The translations under genes and the position numbers were made by a program. Positions 51,555 to 64,000 of a DNA stretch of 64,000 bases are shown in pieces. The notes under the pieces were generated by a model, which did no database searches, had not been told where the DNA came from, and was given only the letters and a program-made list of their open reading frames with translations. This DNA comes from Parasitella parasitica NRRL 2501 (taxonomy: Eukaryota > Fungi > Mucoromycota). Every line of letters begins with the position of its first letter. Positions within the stretch are counted from its first letter, which is position 1. Location of the stretch: assembly GCA_025201805.1 (NCBI GenBank), contig MU619315.1, positions 27,350 to 91,349 on the forward strand, in the 5' to 3' direction.

Positions 51555-51791
51555 TCCTATCAAGATGAAAAAATGGGAATATGAAAGAAAAGAGAATGGA
51601 TGTCGCTGTCGGAAACTTGTCAATTATAAATTTCGGCTTTCATTTACCATTGACTTGATGAAAGGATGAAAGTATCCAGTGTGAGGGGACGTCATACATC
51701 ACGTGTGGAACATCTACAAACTAGTAAAAAGAGCCCTTTTTTTCTTTTTTCAAATTTCATCTTCTTGAACCAAAATATAGAATATCGCAGT

Positions 51792-54700
51792 ATGGCACCC
51801 AGTACACTCTTCCGCTCGGAAGAAATGTCACTCATTCAACTGTACATCCCTGCCGAAGTTTCTCAACCTTGCGTTGCAGAGTTGGGTGAACTTGGCAAGG
51901 TTCAGTTTAGAGATGTAAGTTGATGATTCCAGCCTTCATCCTTGAAACATTTAACTTGACATATTTGTTAGCTTAATCCTGAAGTAAACGCTTTCCAGCG
52001 TTCGTTTGTTTCTGAAATCAGAAGACTAGATGAAATGGAACGTCAATGCAGTGCGTATTATTGTTGTTTTCACCCTCTCGGCAAATGTAGTTTTTGAAGT
52101 ACGAACGATGTTGGCAGCTTTCTCAGTATAATCTATTGTTGCAGATTTGCTCATTAAACTGTATGATTCTATCGCGTGCCTTTCGTCAAAGTATATCCCC
52201 TGTGAAGCCTCAAACGACTGAATTCTATATTTTTCTATCGTCACTGTGTGTGTGTGTGGAGGGGATGCTGAAACTCGTTGCCATGGAGATACGTCGATCT
52301 GTTTACTAATCTATTGTCGATTTTAGGGTTCTTTCAAACACAACTTTTGAAGTCTGATATACAAGTTCGCCCTTTAACACCTGCAGCTTATCGCTCCCGT
52401 GCTCGCTCAGCCCAGGAAGTCGATGATCTCGAAGAAAATCTCAAAGAATACGAAGGGCGCATCTCGCAGTTGAATTCATCCTATGAATCTCTCCAACGTC
52501 GCTATCTTCAGTTGACTGAATTGCGCCATGTATTACGAGAATCTGATCGCTTTTTTGAACAGGTATGTAGTTGATGATTTCTGCAATTTGAATCCGTGAA
52601 AATTGAGAATTTCTCAACAAAAGGCCGAGTCAAGACAAGATGCTATTCGCAATTCTTTAGATATTCAAGACGACTCAGCACCTCTTTTAGATAACGATGT
52701 TGAACAGGTCAATTATGAATCTGAAAATTTGCATCTTGGCCATGTAACTGGTGTCATTTCCCGTGCCCGTATGCAAACATTTGAGCGTGTTCTTTGGCGT
52801 TCTCTTCGTGGTAATTTGTACATGAAATCCGCTGAGATTGATGAGCCTATTGTAGATCCCGATACTGACAGTGTGGTTGATAAGAACGTCTTTTGTATTT
52901 TCGCCCATGGTACTGAAATCATTGCTAAAATCAAAAAGATATCAGAGAGCTTGGGAGGTACTTTGTATACCATTGAAGATTCTGCTGATAAACGCCGTGA
53001 TGCTCTTTTAGGGATTACATCTCGTATTGAGGACCTGAACAATGTAAACTCATATTTTTAAAGCTTGTAAGAGATTTGAAGATGGCCTGACAATATTGAA
53101 TAGGTTTTATCAACAACTAACCTAACACGTCGTTCAGAATTACTCAAAGTTTCTGAAAATGTTACTGCCTGGACAACAATCGTTCGTAAAGAGAAGGCTA
53201 TATACCACACTATGAACTTGTTCAACTATGATGTCAATCGAAAATGTCTTATCGCTGAAGGCTGGTGTCCTACCAATGACATTCATCTTGTTCAGCAATC
53301 TTTAAAAGAAGCTACAGTACGTATCATTATTGATTTTTCAAGTCGATTGTTTCTGGTGCTAAATAGAGTTTGATTAGGATGCTTCTGGAACTAGTCTTCC
53401 CTCTATTTTGACCGAACTGCATACCAACAAAACCCGCCCTACATATCATCGCACAAACAAATTCACTGAAGGTTTCCAAGGCATTATCGATGCATATGGT
53501 ATTGCCCGTTATCGTGAGGTCAATCCTGGTCTTTTCACCATTGTATCATTCCCTTTCCTTTTCGCCATGATGTTTGGCGATATTGGCCATGGGGCTCTTT
53601 TATTCCTTACTGCCCTTTATCTCTGTGTCAACGAAAAGAAATTATCTGCTAACAACGGAGAGGTAATTTGCAGAACACACGTAGTCTTTGTACTGTACTA
53701 ACAGCATCATAAAATAGATCTTTTCAATGTTCTTTGGCGGCCGTTACATGATGCTGATGATGGGCCTGTTTTCCATTTTCACGGGCGCAGTCTACAATGA
53801 TATCTTTTCGTTATCGTTGAATCTCTTTAAGCCTGGCTTTGACTTGCCTTCCAACTACACTTCGTTTGAATCTGTTGAAGCCTTACCTAATGGTAATGTT
53901 TATGCTTTTGGTCTTGATCCCTCATGGCATGGCTCTGAAAACTTTCTGCTCTTCTCTAATTCCTACAAAATGAAACAGGCTATTGTCATTGGTGTTATAC
54001 ACATGTCGTTTGCTGTTTGTTTGAATGTATTCAATCATGTATATTACAAGCGCAAAGCCTTTGTTTGGTTGGAATTTGTACCTCAAATTTTGTTTATGGA
54101 ATCTATTTTCGGCTATCTCATCTTTTGTATTATGTACAAATGGAGCATCAATTGGTGGGAGCTTGACTCTGCTGGTCATCACATTCGTAATGCTCCTCCT
54201 AATCTTTTAAACATGCTGATCTACATGTTCTTGACTCCCGGTTCTGTAAATCCTGAGGAACAACTTTATCAAGGTCAAGGTCCTGTTCAGCTTGTTTTGA
54301 TTCTTCTCGCTGTTGTTTGTGTCCCATGGATGTGGTTTGGTAAGCCCCTCTATCTCAAGAAAGAAGCTAGCAAGCATCATTATGAGACCGTTGCTGGCGA
54401 TGATAATGCCGATGAAGAAGAGCAAACTGTCACAAGAACATCTGCTGAGGATGACGAAGAAGAAGAAGAGGTAATCTATTGATCTGCATTTTGCATTTTC
54501 TTTGTAACTAATAGCTATTCTCTGCCAAAGTTCGAGTTTAGTGAAGTCATGATCCATCAAACTATCCACACTATTGAATTCTGTCTCAATTGTATTTCTA
54601 ACACTGCTTCATATCTTCGTCTCTGGGCCTTGTCTCTTGCTCATGCTCGTAAGTATAAACCAAGTAACAAATTCAGTGCTTTAAACTAAACATTGCATAT

Positions 54701-54967
54701 GCAGAGTTATCAAGTGTGCTATGGGATATGACCCTTAAGATTTGGTTCAATATGACAGGCTTTGTTGCTGTTATTGGTCTTGTTATTGGGTTTGCAATGT
54801 GGTTTACATTGACGATTGGTATTTTGTTGTGTATGGAAGGTTTGTCTGCCTTCCTCCACGCACTTCGTTTGATGTGGGTAGAGTTTGATGGTAAATTTTA
54901 TAATGGTGATGGTATCAATTTTGAACCCTTTACATTTGTTACAATTTTGGATCCTGCTAGCGAGTAA
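51792..54967 (+). CDS. VPH1: V-type ATPase V0 subunit a
   Basis: [78 protein letters not shown]. Confidence 0.97.
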
Positions 54968-55149
54968 AATTGGAGCCAAACATCACCAAAAAAAATTTTT
55001 GAATAAAGCGAAAGAATTTCTGCTTGACAAAACTACTTTTATTGTATTGAATATTTTTTAGAGTTTGTTAATATAGGGAATTGTCTATGTACATTTGAAT
55101 GAATAGTAGCATGAATATATACAACATCATTGCTTGGATTGACATTTTG

Positions 55150-56698
55150 TTATTTCATATACTCTTCAGGTTGGGATATTGGTGAGTAATCAAGTTTTTT
55201 AATGCAGACATACTCACTGAGCATGCATTTTGAAACGATTGCAGCATGATGTAAAGGAGAATATGGAGTGAATGGGAACATTGGCTCCACCGAAACACCT
55301 GCCTCACCCCCCAACGTAATTCCTGTAGACAGATCTCCTTCAATGCATACACGTTTAAAGGTTTGAGGGAACTGAGTTGCTATAGTCCCATACGACAGAT
55401 ATTTTTCGGATGTTCTATACCAACGCTCTGCTTTTTCGTATTCTCTCAACAATCCTTCAGAGACCTGAATACAGGCACGACTTGAAGAGCTTTCATCGCC
55501 ATCCTCGGATAATTGCTTTGCTAACAGGAGCCTTGTTGAATCAATCATTCGCTTGTAAATATAATAACGCACCAAGGATATCAATCGTGCGCAAAGTCCG
55601 TACAAATCGTAATGATGGCGAGATTCCAACTTAGCTAATAAGCTATTAGTAAAGGGGAATAGACTCTTCCATGCCATTGATGCCTGCTTGAACGATATCT
55701 TATCACTGCTGCTCTTGTCCACATAATAAAAATTCAAAATGTAATCACACAAAGCATGAAAATGGTCAATCATGCCGAAAAGCTCCTCGGTTTGCCCATC
55801 ACCTCTTCTTTTGTTTGCATGTGCCAACTTGCTGAACCTGTAAGAAAGGTTTTCATCAGAATTTGACCACTGAATTCATCTTGTTTTCTAGCACTTACAT
55901 GATGATGAACAGTTTTTGTTGCTCTGGGGTTTCTGAATCAGGAGCGGTGGCGGAAATGGATTTTGGTTTGTTGTCTTTTGGTTGCAGTTTGGAACTATGA
56001 GGGGTTGTAATTCTGTTTATTGATCCAGGTTCTTCTATTGTATCATGTTTATCTCGAGATGAGCTTTTGCGTTTGTTACCATGGCTATCGTTATCGGAGT
56101 TTCTGTTGTTATTGCTGCTGCCATTGCTTTTATCGGAACGAGATGTTGTTTGTGGTGATCGTCGTCTTGAGGATTCTGACCTACTTGGCTTTGCATCCTC
56201 TGAACGATTTCTATTTTTTCTACTAGGAGGTGTTCTTGAAAGAGATGTTGATCTTGACCTGGAGTGATAACGGCTAGAGCGGTAGCCTCTGTCTTTTCTC
56301 TTGTCAGGACTAGATCTTCTTTTACTAGTACTATCATTATCACTATCATGCCTGCTGCTTTTACGTTCTTGTCGCGCGCTTGATCTCCTGCTATCTTCAC
56401 GTCGTCTGCTACTTGCATGTCTATTTGGCGACCTTTCTTTTTCCTTGGTAGTCTCTCTCTTTGACGTACTTTTATTTTTCTCTGGTGCTTTAATGGTTGG
56501 ATGTCTAGGGGAAGGCGAAGGGCTGATAGTTTCGCCTTCTTCTAATTCAATCTCGGATGATTTGATTTGTTTAGATGACTTTAATGACCTTAAAAAAGAG
56601 TTTGATCTTGAATTAGTTTGGCTGTCTAGCTCTTTCGTTGGATGTTTTTGAGTTTTGTCAACTCTGTTTTGAAATTTTTGGGTCGAATAGTCGCTCAT
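55150..56698 (-). CDS. Ser/Arg-rich disordered protein with a C-terminal helical domain resembling AF4/Ebp1
   Basis: Two exons; low-complexity RS/K N-terminus; C-domain LAHANKRRGD...HALCDYILNF...WKSLFP...LYGLCARL. Confidence 0.55.
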
Positions 56699-57319
56699 AA
56701 TTCTACTTTTTTCATAAATTTCAACGGTACTCGTGTGATTAATGTGCTCTAGTGGATTTTATCTTGTCAATTGAGGAGCAAGAACTTCTATATCTGGCAC
56801 TTTCTAAATGTTGCTGATCTCTCTCTCTCTTTCTTGTTGCAAAAGCGAGGAAAAAAAAAAAAAAAAAAAACAAATGCTTGCCGCTTTTAAATATATTATC
56901 CGTTAATTTTAAAGGAGTCTATTTTTTGTTTTGTGAGACACAAATTACCAAGAAGCATTTGTTGTGCATCTCACACTAGCTTGTCAGTAACGTCCTGCAA
57001 ACGCAGATTAATTGGATTAACAAATCCAACATTACTCGAGTTTAGTTTTATACATTATCGCCAACAATTTTCATTCTGAATGTAAAATTTTGTCTCTCCT
57101 GCAAATTAGTTTACGCAAGGAGGAAGAGGAGGAGAGGTTAGTTTAAACACAATACCCAATCGTGTACATTTGCAAACTACTGGAATGAATTGTAGGCATT
57201 TCAACAACAACCATGTTTTTACGTAAAAACAAGTCAATTCAACTGGCTCTACGGAGCTTATTAACTTTTTAATTATTGAGGAAGCCATTAACATGCAGTT
57301 TTACTACTTTTAAAAAAAA

Positions 57320-57730
57320 ATGTCTACTATTCAATTAAGATTTCTGCCTGACACCTTTTCAGTTCATCAATATGACCGCGACTTTCAAATCTCTCCATCT
57401 GTTCTTTCTGCCCCGTGGTTTACTATTTCTAAAACAGCATTTGAACTATCTTTGATTTTACCAACTGAATATCAATTGCCTGATCCTCAACCAAAGCAAA
57501 CAGAAGATGGCTGGCGTATGTTTCAAGTAGATGCTCAAATGGACTTTGGCCTTGTAGGTATCCTAGCTAGAATTGTAGCACCTCTCAAAGACCATGAAAT
57601 CCCTGTGTTCGTGGTTAGCACTTATGATACCGATTATATCATGGTTAAAGATGATAGATTGACTAAGGCCATTAAAGTTTTAAATGGAGAACCGAATATG
57701 GTTGTAAAACCCGGAGAATCTGTACTATAA
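57320..57730 (+). CDS. Stand-alone CASTOR-type ACT domain protein, intronless
   Basis: WFTISKTAFELSL...GWRMFQV...MDFGLVGILARIVAPL...IPVFVVSTYDTDYIMVK. Confidence 0.88.
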   Translation: MSTIQLRFLPDTFSVHQYDRDFQISPSVLSAPWFTISKTAFELSLILPTEYQLPDPQPKQTEDGWRMFQVDAQMDFGLVGILARIVAPLKDHEIPVFVVSTYDTDYIMVKDDRLTKAIKVLNGEPNMVVKPGESVL

Positions 57731-57901
57731 TGTAATAAAAAATAAAATAAAATAACTTGAATTGTGCCTCTTTATGTCTCGTGTTGCTTGGTAAGCCAAG
57801 CATACTATGCTGTCCTGTTGTCCTACATCAGCTTTACATTTAATGCGGGAAGCATGGCTGCAGTCACTGATTCCTGTTCTTTTAATTAGACATCTTCTGG
57901 A

Positions 57902-58698
57902 ATGCCTTCAAGTACCATATTCATTGAATCGCGACAAGACAAAACCCAACTGGAAATATTTGTCAGTTCAATCCATACAAAAGATGAACAGCAAAGAGCT
58001 CCTGGCATTATAATCGCCCATCCATACGGGCCTCTTGGTAACTGTCCTTTTTTTCTTTTTTTTCTTTTTTGATTTGGACAGACTAAAGACATTGAAAAGG
58101 CGGAAATATGAATAATAACGTTGTCATTGCACTTGGGCACTACTTTAATTCCAAAGGATATGTCACCATCTGTATGAATTTTCGAGCGTGTGGCAAGTCC
58201 AAGGGCAGAACAAGCTGGACAGGCATGCCTGAACGGGAAGATTATATGTCTGTCGTTGACTATGCTCTTGATGAGAGCACATTGCCAGCCTATCCACGCA
58301 TTAATAAAATGATCATTTGTGTAAATATCAGCTTTGTCACTTGCAACATCCCGACTTTTTTTTATTTATTTTATTAACTCCTAATCTAGGGCTATTCCTT
58401 TGGAGCAATGATTGCAAATACGATTGATTGCACAAGAGTTCCGTGTGCCTATTTGCTAGTCAGTATACCACTAGGTGTCATGTGGGCGCTTGCAATGACA
58501 AAAGCGTCTTTTTTCAAGAAACCGCCCCACGAAAAGTCGCTCTGTATCTACGGAGACCGTGATCAGTTCACAAGGTCGAGCACATTTAAAAACTGGAACA
58601 ACGGTTCCATCTGTGTTCCTGATGCAGACCATTTTTGGAATAACTTTGAATCGCTGCTGATAGAGCAGGTAGATCGGTGGGCATTGGGGCTGTGGTAA
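57902..58698 (+). CDS. Small alpha/beta hydrolase, 3 exons
   Basis: AHPYGPLGGNMNNNVV, NFRACGKS, GYSFG nucleophile, GDRDQF, ADHFW. Confidence 0.88.
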
Positions 58699-58997
58699 AA
58701 GTTTATAAAACAAGTATTCAGAACTTGCATGTCTGTGGCGACTGTGGCGAATTTTTGATTAATCTGTTTTTTTTTGAGGGGAAACACAAGGTTCGAATAG
58801 TACTGACATGTTGCACCTCTTTACTTTGCCTAAATGCTCGCATATAGCAGAAGATACATCATGATACATTGAGATCCCGTTTTTTCATTTCTCACGCCAA
58901 ACCCTATAAAAATCATCGCCACAGGCTTTTTTTTTTTTTTTTTTTCTCTCCCCTCTTTCTTTGGAGCACTGTCCTACAACCAAACCTCTGTTCAGAC

Positions 58998-59740
58998 ATG
59001 CCACCTGTTACATACATAACACGCTCAGAAACATTTTCAGCAGCTCACAGACTCCATTCGCCCAAGCTTTCTATTCAAGATAATCAATTGCTGTACGGCA
59101 AGTGCAACCATCCAAACTTTCATGGCCACAATTACAGAGGTAACCAGAATTACTTTATCTATTGTTTGCCAGGGCTAATGCATGTACCTGCGCACTGCAG
59201 TCGAAATTACCCTGAAAGGTCAAGTCGACCCACTAACAGGAATGGTGATGAACCTTGTTGATTTAAAAGAGTGCATCAAGCTTGCGGTAATGGATCCGCT
59301 TGATCATAGGAATCTGGTAAGGAAGGGCAGCTAAAAATATATACAAGAGCGGCTAAATGTGTGTGGTTGATGATAGGATTTGGACGTCGAATTTTTCAAA
59401 AATAAGCCAAGGTATGCGTATAAATAACAGAATCAGCTCACCAGAACTCTGGAATTTACATCTTTTAATCGATAGCACAACCGAAAATTTAGCAGTGTTT
59501 ATATGGTGGAATTTTCAATACCATTTCTTGGAAAACGAGAGCTGGCGATCCAGCTCAGCTCGATTACACAGGGTCAAAATCTACGAAACAGAACACAACA
59601 TGGTGGAATATATGGGGGAAGGGGAACTGGACGAGGCAGAAGGTCAAATAGATGTAGCACTGGTCAAACTGATGGGAGTTGGCATCAAGCACGATGGGTT
59701 GGAGGGCAACAAAAAGAGCTTATGGTCGCTTGATTTGTAA
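58998..59740 (+). CDS. PTS: 6-pyruvoyl-tetrahydropterin synthase, 4 exons
   Basis: FSAAHRLHS, GKCNHPNFHGHNY, DPLTGMVMNL, LDHRNLDLDV, STTENLA, IYETEHN. Confidence 0.93.
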
Positions 59741-59939
59741 TGCATTTCACAGCACCTCACTCATCACACTAATCTTACATACCACTTTCATACTATAGAT
59801 GACATGCAATAAAAAAAAAAAGCTTCTCTAAGAGGCGCTTGGTCCTGAGGAATTAGTTGCATTTGAGAAGCTCATTTGGGCCTACCAAACTACGCGGATT
59901 GAGCATGTTTCCCTATATCGAGCTTTTATTATTCATATT

Positions 59940-61088
59940 TTACTCGGGTCTATCCAACAGTTCTTTTGTAAGGCTTTCGCTTTGTTTTAACTCTTCTGAA
60001 ACATATTTATCCAGCAACTATACACATTGCAATCATGTCAGAACATTCAAAATACCACAAACTTGAGAAATTTTACCTCTTGTTTTTTCCGGTTTAGAAG
60101 ATACTCGCCAACTTGCTGCTGCGTTGGTACATGATTGCTATCTCTTGTAGCCGCATCTCGCTGTCTCTCATCCTCGTGTGTTTCCTCTATAATTTTGGGG
60201 TTCTTTTCCTCTGCTGCTGTTTCATCGTCTGGGGCATCGTATAATTTCTGAATCAATTCTTCTTCGAGCGCTTTTTCATATTCAAGTAACACTGCATCCT
60301 CCTCATCGCGGTACCCGTAATAATCTGCATCGATATCACGATTGATTTCACTTCTTGAACGAGTTGTAGATTCCGGCGCTATCAAAAATATCAGTGTGAT
60401 GTGTCACAATTGCTGCATTTTGCATTACCAGCTTGCTCGAATAACTCTCTAACGCCTGGCAAATCTCTTGCACGACCAAAATATCTACAAAAGCAATCCC
60501 GTCAGTTGGATTGACCATTTTAACCTATACAAATGCATTGCTCACTTGTATCCTCTTGTCCCGGGAACCTCTCTTCCTTCATAATTCAGCATTTTTGGAG
60601 CTGATCGCTACAAAATTACATGTTGTAGCTATGTTGATTTTAGGGCATGTGTGCATGTTCTATCTTACCGTGTAATCAGCACCACCAAGCTCCTTGATTC
60701 GTCTTTCCCAATGGTATTTTTGACCCATTAATTTGTTGATATCATCGTTGAGATCACGGACTTGAAAATCAGACAAGCTCACTAATTCAGAGAAGCATTA
60801 ACATGACACTGCTTGCATAGTTTGTTGCTGCTACTACCATCCTGTATCTTGGAAATTTTTCGAGATATTTCACTTAGAATATCTCTTCTCCATCTCTCTG
60901 CTTCTTGTACTGTATCCACTACACCAGCAAAACCGGGTCTACGTGTACGCATTTTGCCGCCTCCCAACTGGGCTGCTTGGGCCTCACGGAAACGATATAA
61001 CATGGATTGTGCTTTTTCCTCGTTACGAGCCTATCCAAAACAGCTCCAGTAAGAATTTAGTGGTAGACCTATTATTCATAAATACCAT
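59940..61088 (-). CDS. ISY1: Pre-mRNA splicing factor Isy1
   Basis: MARNEEKAQSMLYRF, EAERWRR, RDLNDDINKL, YFGRARDLPGVRELF, YYGYRDEED; ATG-only first exon. Confidence 0.95.
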
Positions 61089-61503
61089 TTTATCTTGATC
61101 AAGCTATGCTGTACTAATGAAAGATTGCCAAACGAACGCGGCCAAGACAAAATTCTTCCTGATTGAAGCGAAAAAAAAAAAAAAAGTGACTGTACAGGTT
61201 TGCAATGCCCCCAATTCCAAGAGTCTTTTGTCAGTTGTAGCAAGGAAGAAGTACTAATTGCTTGTCATCCTTGACACACAATGTACGTTTTTTGATAGTA
61301 TTCATATATCACAGTGCATCCACTTGTTTGACACTGATTTTTTATTGCTCTTTTTTTATCCGAATTCTTATTAGAAAATCGCCTCATGTTCTGAACAAGA
61401 ACAGATTTTGAACATCAGCCAAACATCCCCGTTGCTGCTAGCAGATAAAAGCTGACATTGTGAGATGTCAATTGCATTTTTCCTCTTTTCTTTTATTACT
61501 TTA

Positions 61504-62608
61504 ATGCTTAGATTGTCTCGCACCTTCCCTAATTTCCCCAAGGCTTTTGGCTCCTCAAGTCTTGTGGCTACTCGCACCTTGACGACCAGCGTTACTCAAA
61601 ATGTGAGCGGATGAGTTTGTCACAGTAATAATGCAACTAACATGATCTCGTAATGCAAATAGGCAGCAAGGAAATCAAGCGTTGGTAAAAATCTAGGCTG
61701 GGTAACTCTCGGTGCAACTTTAACTGTAGCAGGCTGTTTGGCCTTTTCTACTCCTGCTTATTCTGAGGCACCTGTTTATGTTGGAACTGTAGCAGGTATA
61801 TGTTATTCAGACAATGTTTGCAAAAGAAAACGGTAGCAAGCTTACATTGTGTTGCCTAGATCCAGCAACCAACCTAGTATTTCCTATCAATCTCAACACT
61901 GATAACGAATGGAAAAGACTTATTGGATTGGGCGTTAGAGCAGTAACATTTCTCAATATGAACGTTTATGTTGTTGGCATGTACATGAAAAGCGAGGACA
62001 TAGGCGAGCTGAGGAAACTGGACGGATGGAAGGTAATTGGTAACTATGTAGAAAAAAAAATAAAAAAAAATAAAAAGCCAGATCACAAGTTGACAATAGC
62101 GCATATAGAACTTTGACAAAAGCAAATTCCTGCAAGATACGGAACTAGCAGAAAAGTTTTTGGACCAGCCATATGATCTGAGCATTCGATTAGGTAAATA
62201 TAAAGGAAACAGTGGCAGGAAACAAGAGGGCACTGACAAGATATCATAGTCCCTACTCGTGCAACAAACACCCAACATCTCCGTGATGGATTTTTGCGTC
62301 TTCTTTTACAGCGCATGAAGGATCAAGAAATGACAGAAGATGAAGAAAGAGAAGTGTTGAAGGCAATTCAGGAATTCAAGTCCAATTTTGTCAGCATGAG
62401 AGTAAAGAAAGACACTGAATTCATCTTTACAAAGACTAGAAAAGGTGGCTTAAAACTAGTTTACGAAGGAAAAGACTTTGGCACAGTTCATAATCCCTGG
62501 TTGGCCAAGAATTTCTTTATGAGTTACCTAAATCCTAAAGCGCCTTCAAGCGAAGCTGCTTTGCATGATATCGCTGACGGCTTTGAGAGATTAATGAAGG
62601 AAAATTAA
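61504..62608 (+). CDS. Mitochondrial chalcone-isomerase-like protein (Aim18/Aim46 family)
   Basis: Mitochondrial presequence, LIGLGVRAVTFLNMNVYVVGMY, PTRATNTQHLRDGF, FFMSYL. Confidence 0.88.
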
Positions 62609-63121
62609 TAAAATAATACGTTTTTTTTTTTGGGCAAATCAAAAAAAAAAAAATTTGGACGGCTTGCAGTTTCTCTTCTTCAAACACAGAAATCGTCAAG
62701 GCTATTGAAAGTCAGGTACAAGGTATCCGAAAGCATCCTCTTCCTCTTTCCCTAAAAGCTAACGTAAGTATCTAATTACACCATCCATCACTATAACTAC
62801 AATGTAAATGTGTGTTATGAGAGAGATTACAGTGTAGTTCGTAAAGGGGTTGTTTTCGTATTTGGATGATCAAGCGTTTCAATGGATGGATGATTTTAAA
62901 AATCTACGGATGGAATTTTTTTTCCCTCTTATTTGGTTGCCATGGCAATTATCGACATCGATAATAACGTGTTTCGAGGGTTAATGTGATAGCAGCATGA
63001 TATATTGGAAGCAAAACGTTTTGACGAAATACACACCTCTATACACTACCCATCTCAATTCTCTTGATTACAATTTATTACATCTAACAAATCATAAACT
63101 TACATGATTTTTCTTAATTAG

Positions 63122-63705
63122 ATGTCTTCTGAGAACCCCCAAACCTCCATCTTGTCAAATGGTGAGCGAAAGGCTCGTAAGGCCCTTGATGGCCTCGGTT
63201 TAAAGCCTATTGCTGGCGTTACTCGTGTCACCTTTACTCGTGGTAGAACCGTAAGTCTTATTTTGAAAAATAAATATACAGATCATTGATCATTGCTCTG
63301 TTTATTCCAATTGTAGTTGGTCTATGCTATCGACAAACCTACCGTTTTTAAGTCTCAAAACTCTGACACTCACATCGTTTTCGGTGAGATGCAAGTTGAC
63401 GATATGGGTGCCCGTGCTCAACAAGCTGCCATGGAACAACTTGCTTCTGATGGCGAAAAGACCGAAGAAGCTCCTGAGGTTGTGGCCGCTGTTGAGGAAG
63501 AGGAGAAGGAGGTTGATGCCACTGGTGTTGAAGAGAAAGATATTGAGTTAGTTGTCAGCCAAGCTAATGTTTCTCGTAACAAGGCCATCAAGGCTCTTAA
63601 GAACAACGAGAATGATGTTGTCAACGCTATTATGGTAAGCTTAAAACTTATTGACACCGTCAAATCGCTTATTCACGTTAATATCTTTAGGAACTCACCA
63701 TGTAA
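63122..63705 (+). CDS. EGD2: Nascent polypeptide-associated complex subunit alpha
   Basis: ERKARKAL..LGLKPIAGVTRVT, SDTHIVFGE, UBA domain KDIELVVSQANVSRNKAIKAL...VNAIMELTM. Confidence 0.93.
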
Positions 63706-64000
63706 ATTGAATAAATAAGAGTTATCTAAAAAAAGTATGCTGGGAAACTCGCCTGGGAAACCAGCTTGGAGGTCTCCCATTTAAAATAATTGAAATTCAG
63801 ATTTTGACAAAATAAAGTGATATCATTGGATAAACTCTTATGTTATTTGACATGAAAGTGTACCTAATGCATTGAATACTGGTGTCTTTATACTGTTAAT
63901 TGATTATTCTTGTATATATTCACTATAGTAGATTTTCTACTGAATATTTTTTATTGTCTAAGGTTATTTTTAATATCTTTTAAGCAGTTTATAAAAGAGC

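Noticed and set aside
58789-58800. tRNA T-loop-like GGTTCGAAT
   Set aside because: No cloverleaf stems around it.

Overview
Gene-dense, intron-rich, AT-rich eukaryotic DNA typical of a Mucorales (Mucoromycota) fungus, with short GT-AG introns and three N gaps. About 30 protein-coding genes were rebuilt by hand across introns. Housekeeping genes include proteasome alpha-2, importin-4, eRF1, tryptophan synthase, METTL6, EMC7, a RanBP9/10-like protein, SMYD, ERV46, homoaconitase, G-gamma, NDUFB4, V-ATPase subunit a, PTS, ISY1, an AIM18/46-like protein and NAC-alpha. Metabolic or accessory genes include two paralogous atypical class-3 lipases, a GT8, a BAHD-type acyltransferase, an MFS permease, a butyrobetaine dioxygenase-like enzyme and a stand-alone ACT protein. 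Mobile DNA comprises two Tc1/IS630 relics (one keeps both TIRs), a pseudogenised Crypton-type tyrosine recombinase, and a 1155-bp element present twice in inverted orientation, nearly identical, with no target-site duplication. The most unusual items are that element next to the Crypton relic, and a TPR/metallo-beta-lactamase fusion gene 120 bp upstream of a divergent eRF1. No rRNA, tRNA or CRISPR was seen. All calls come from motif recognition by eye; no database search was run.
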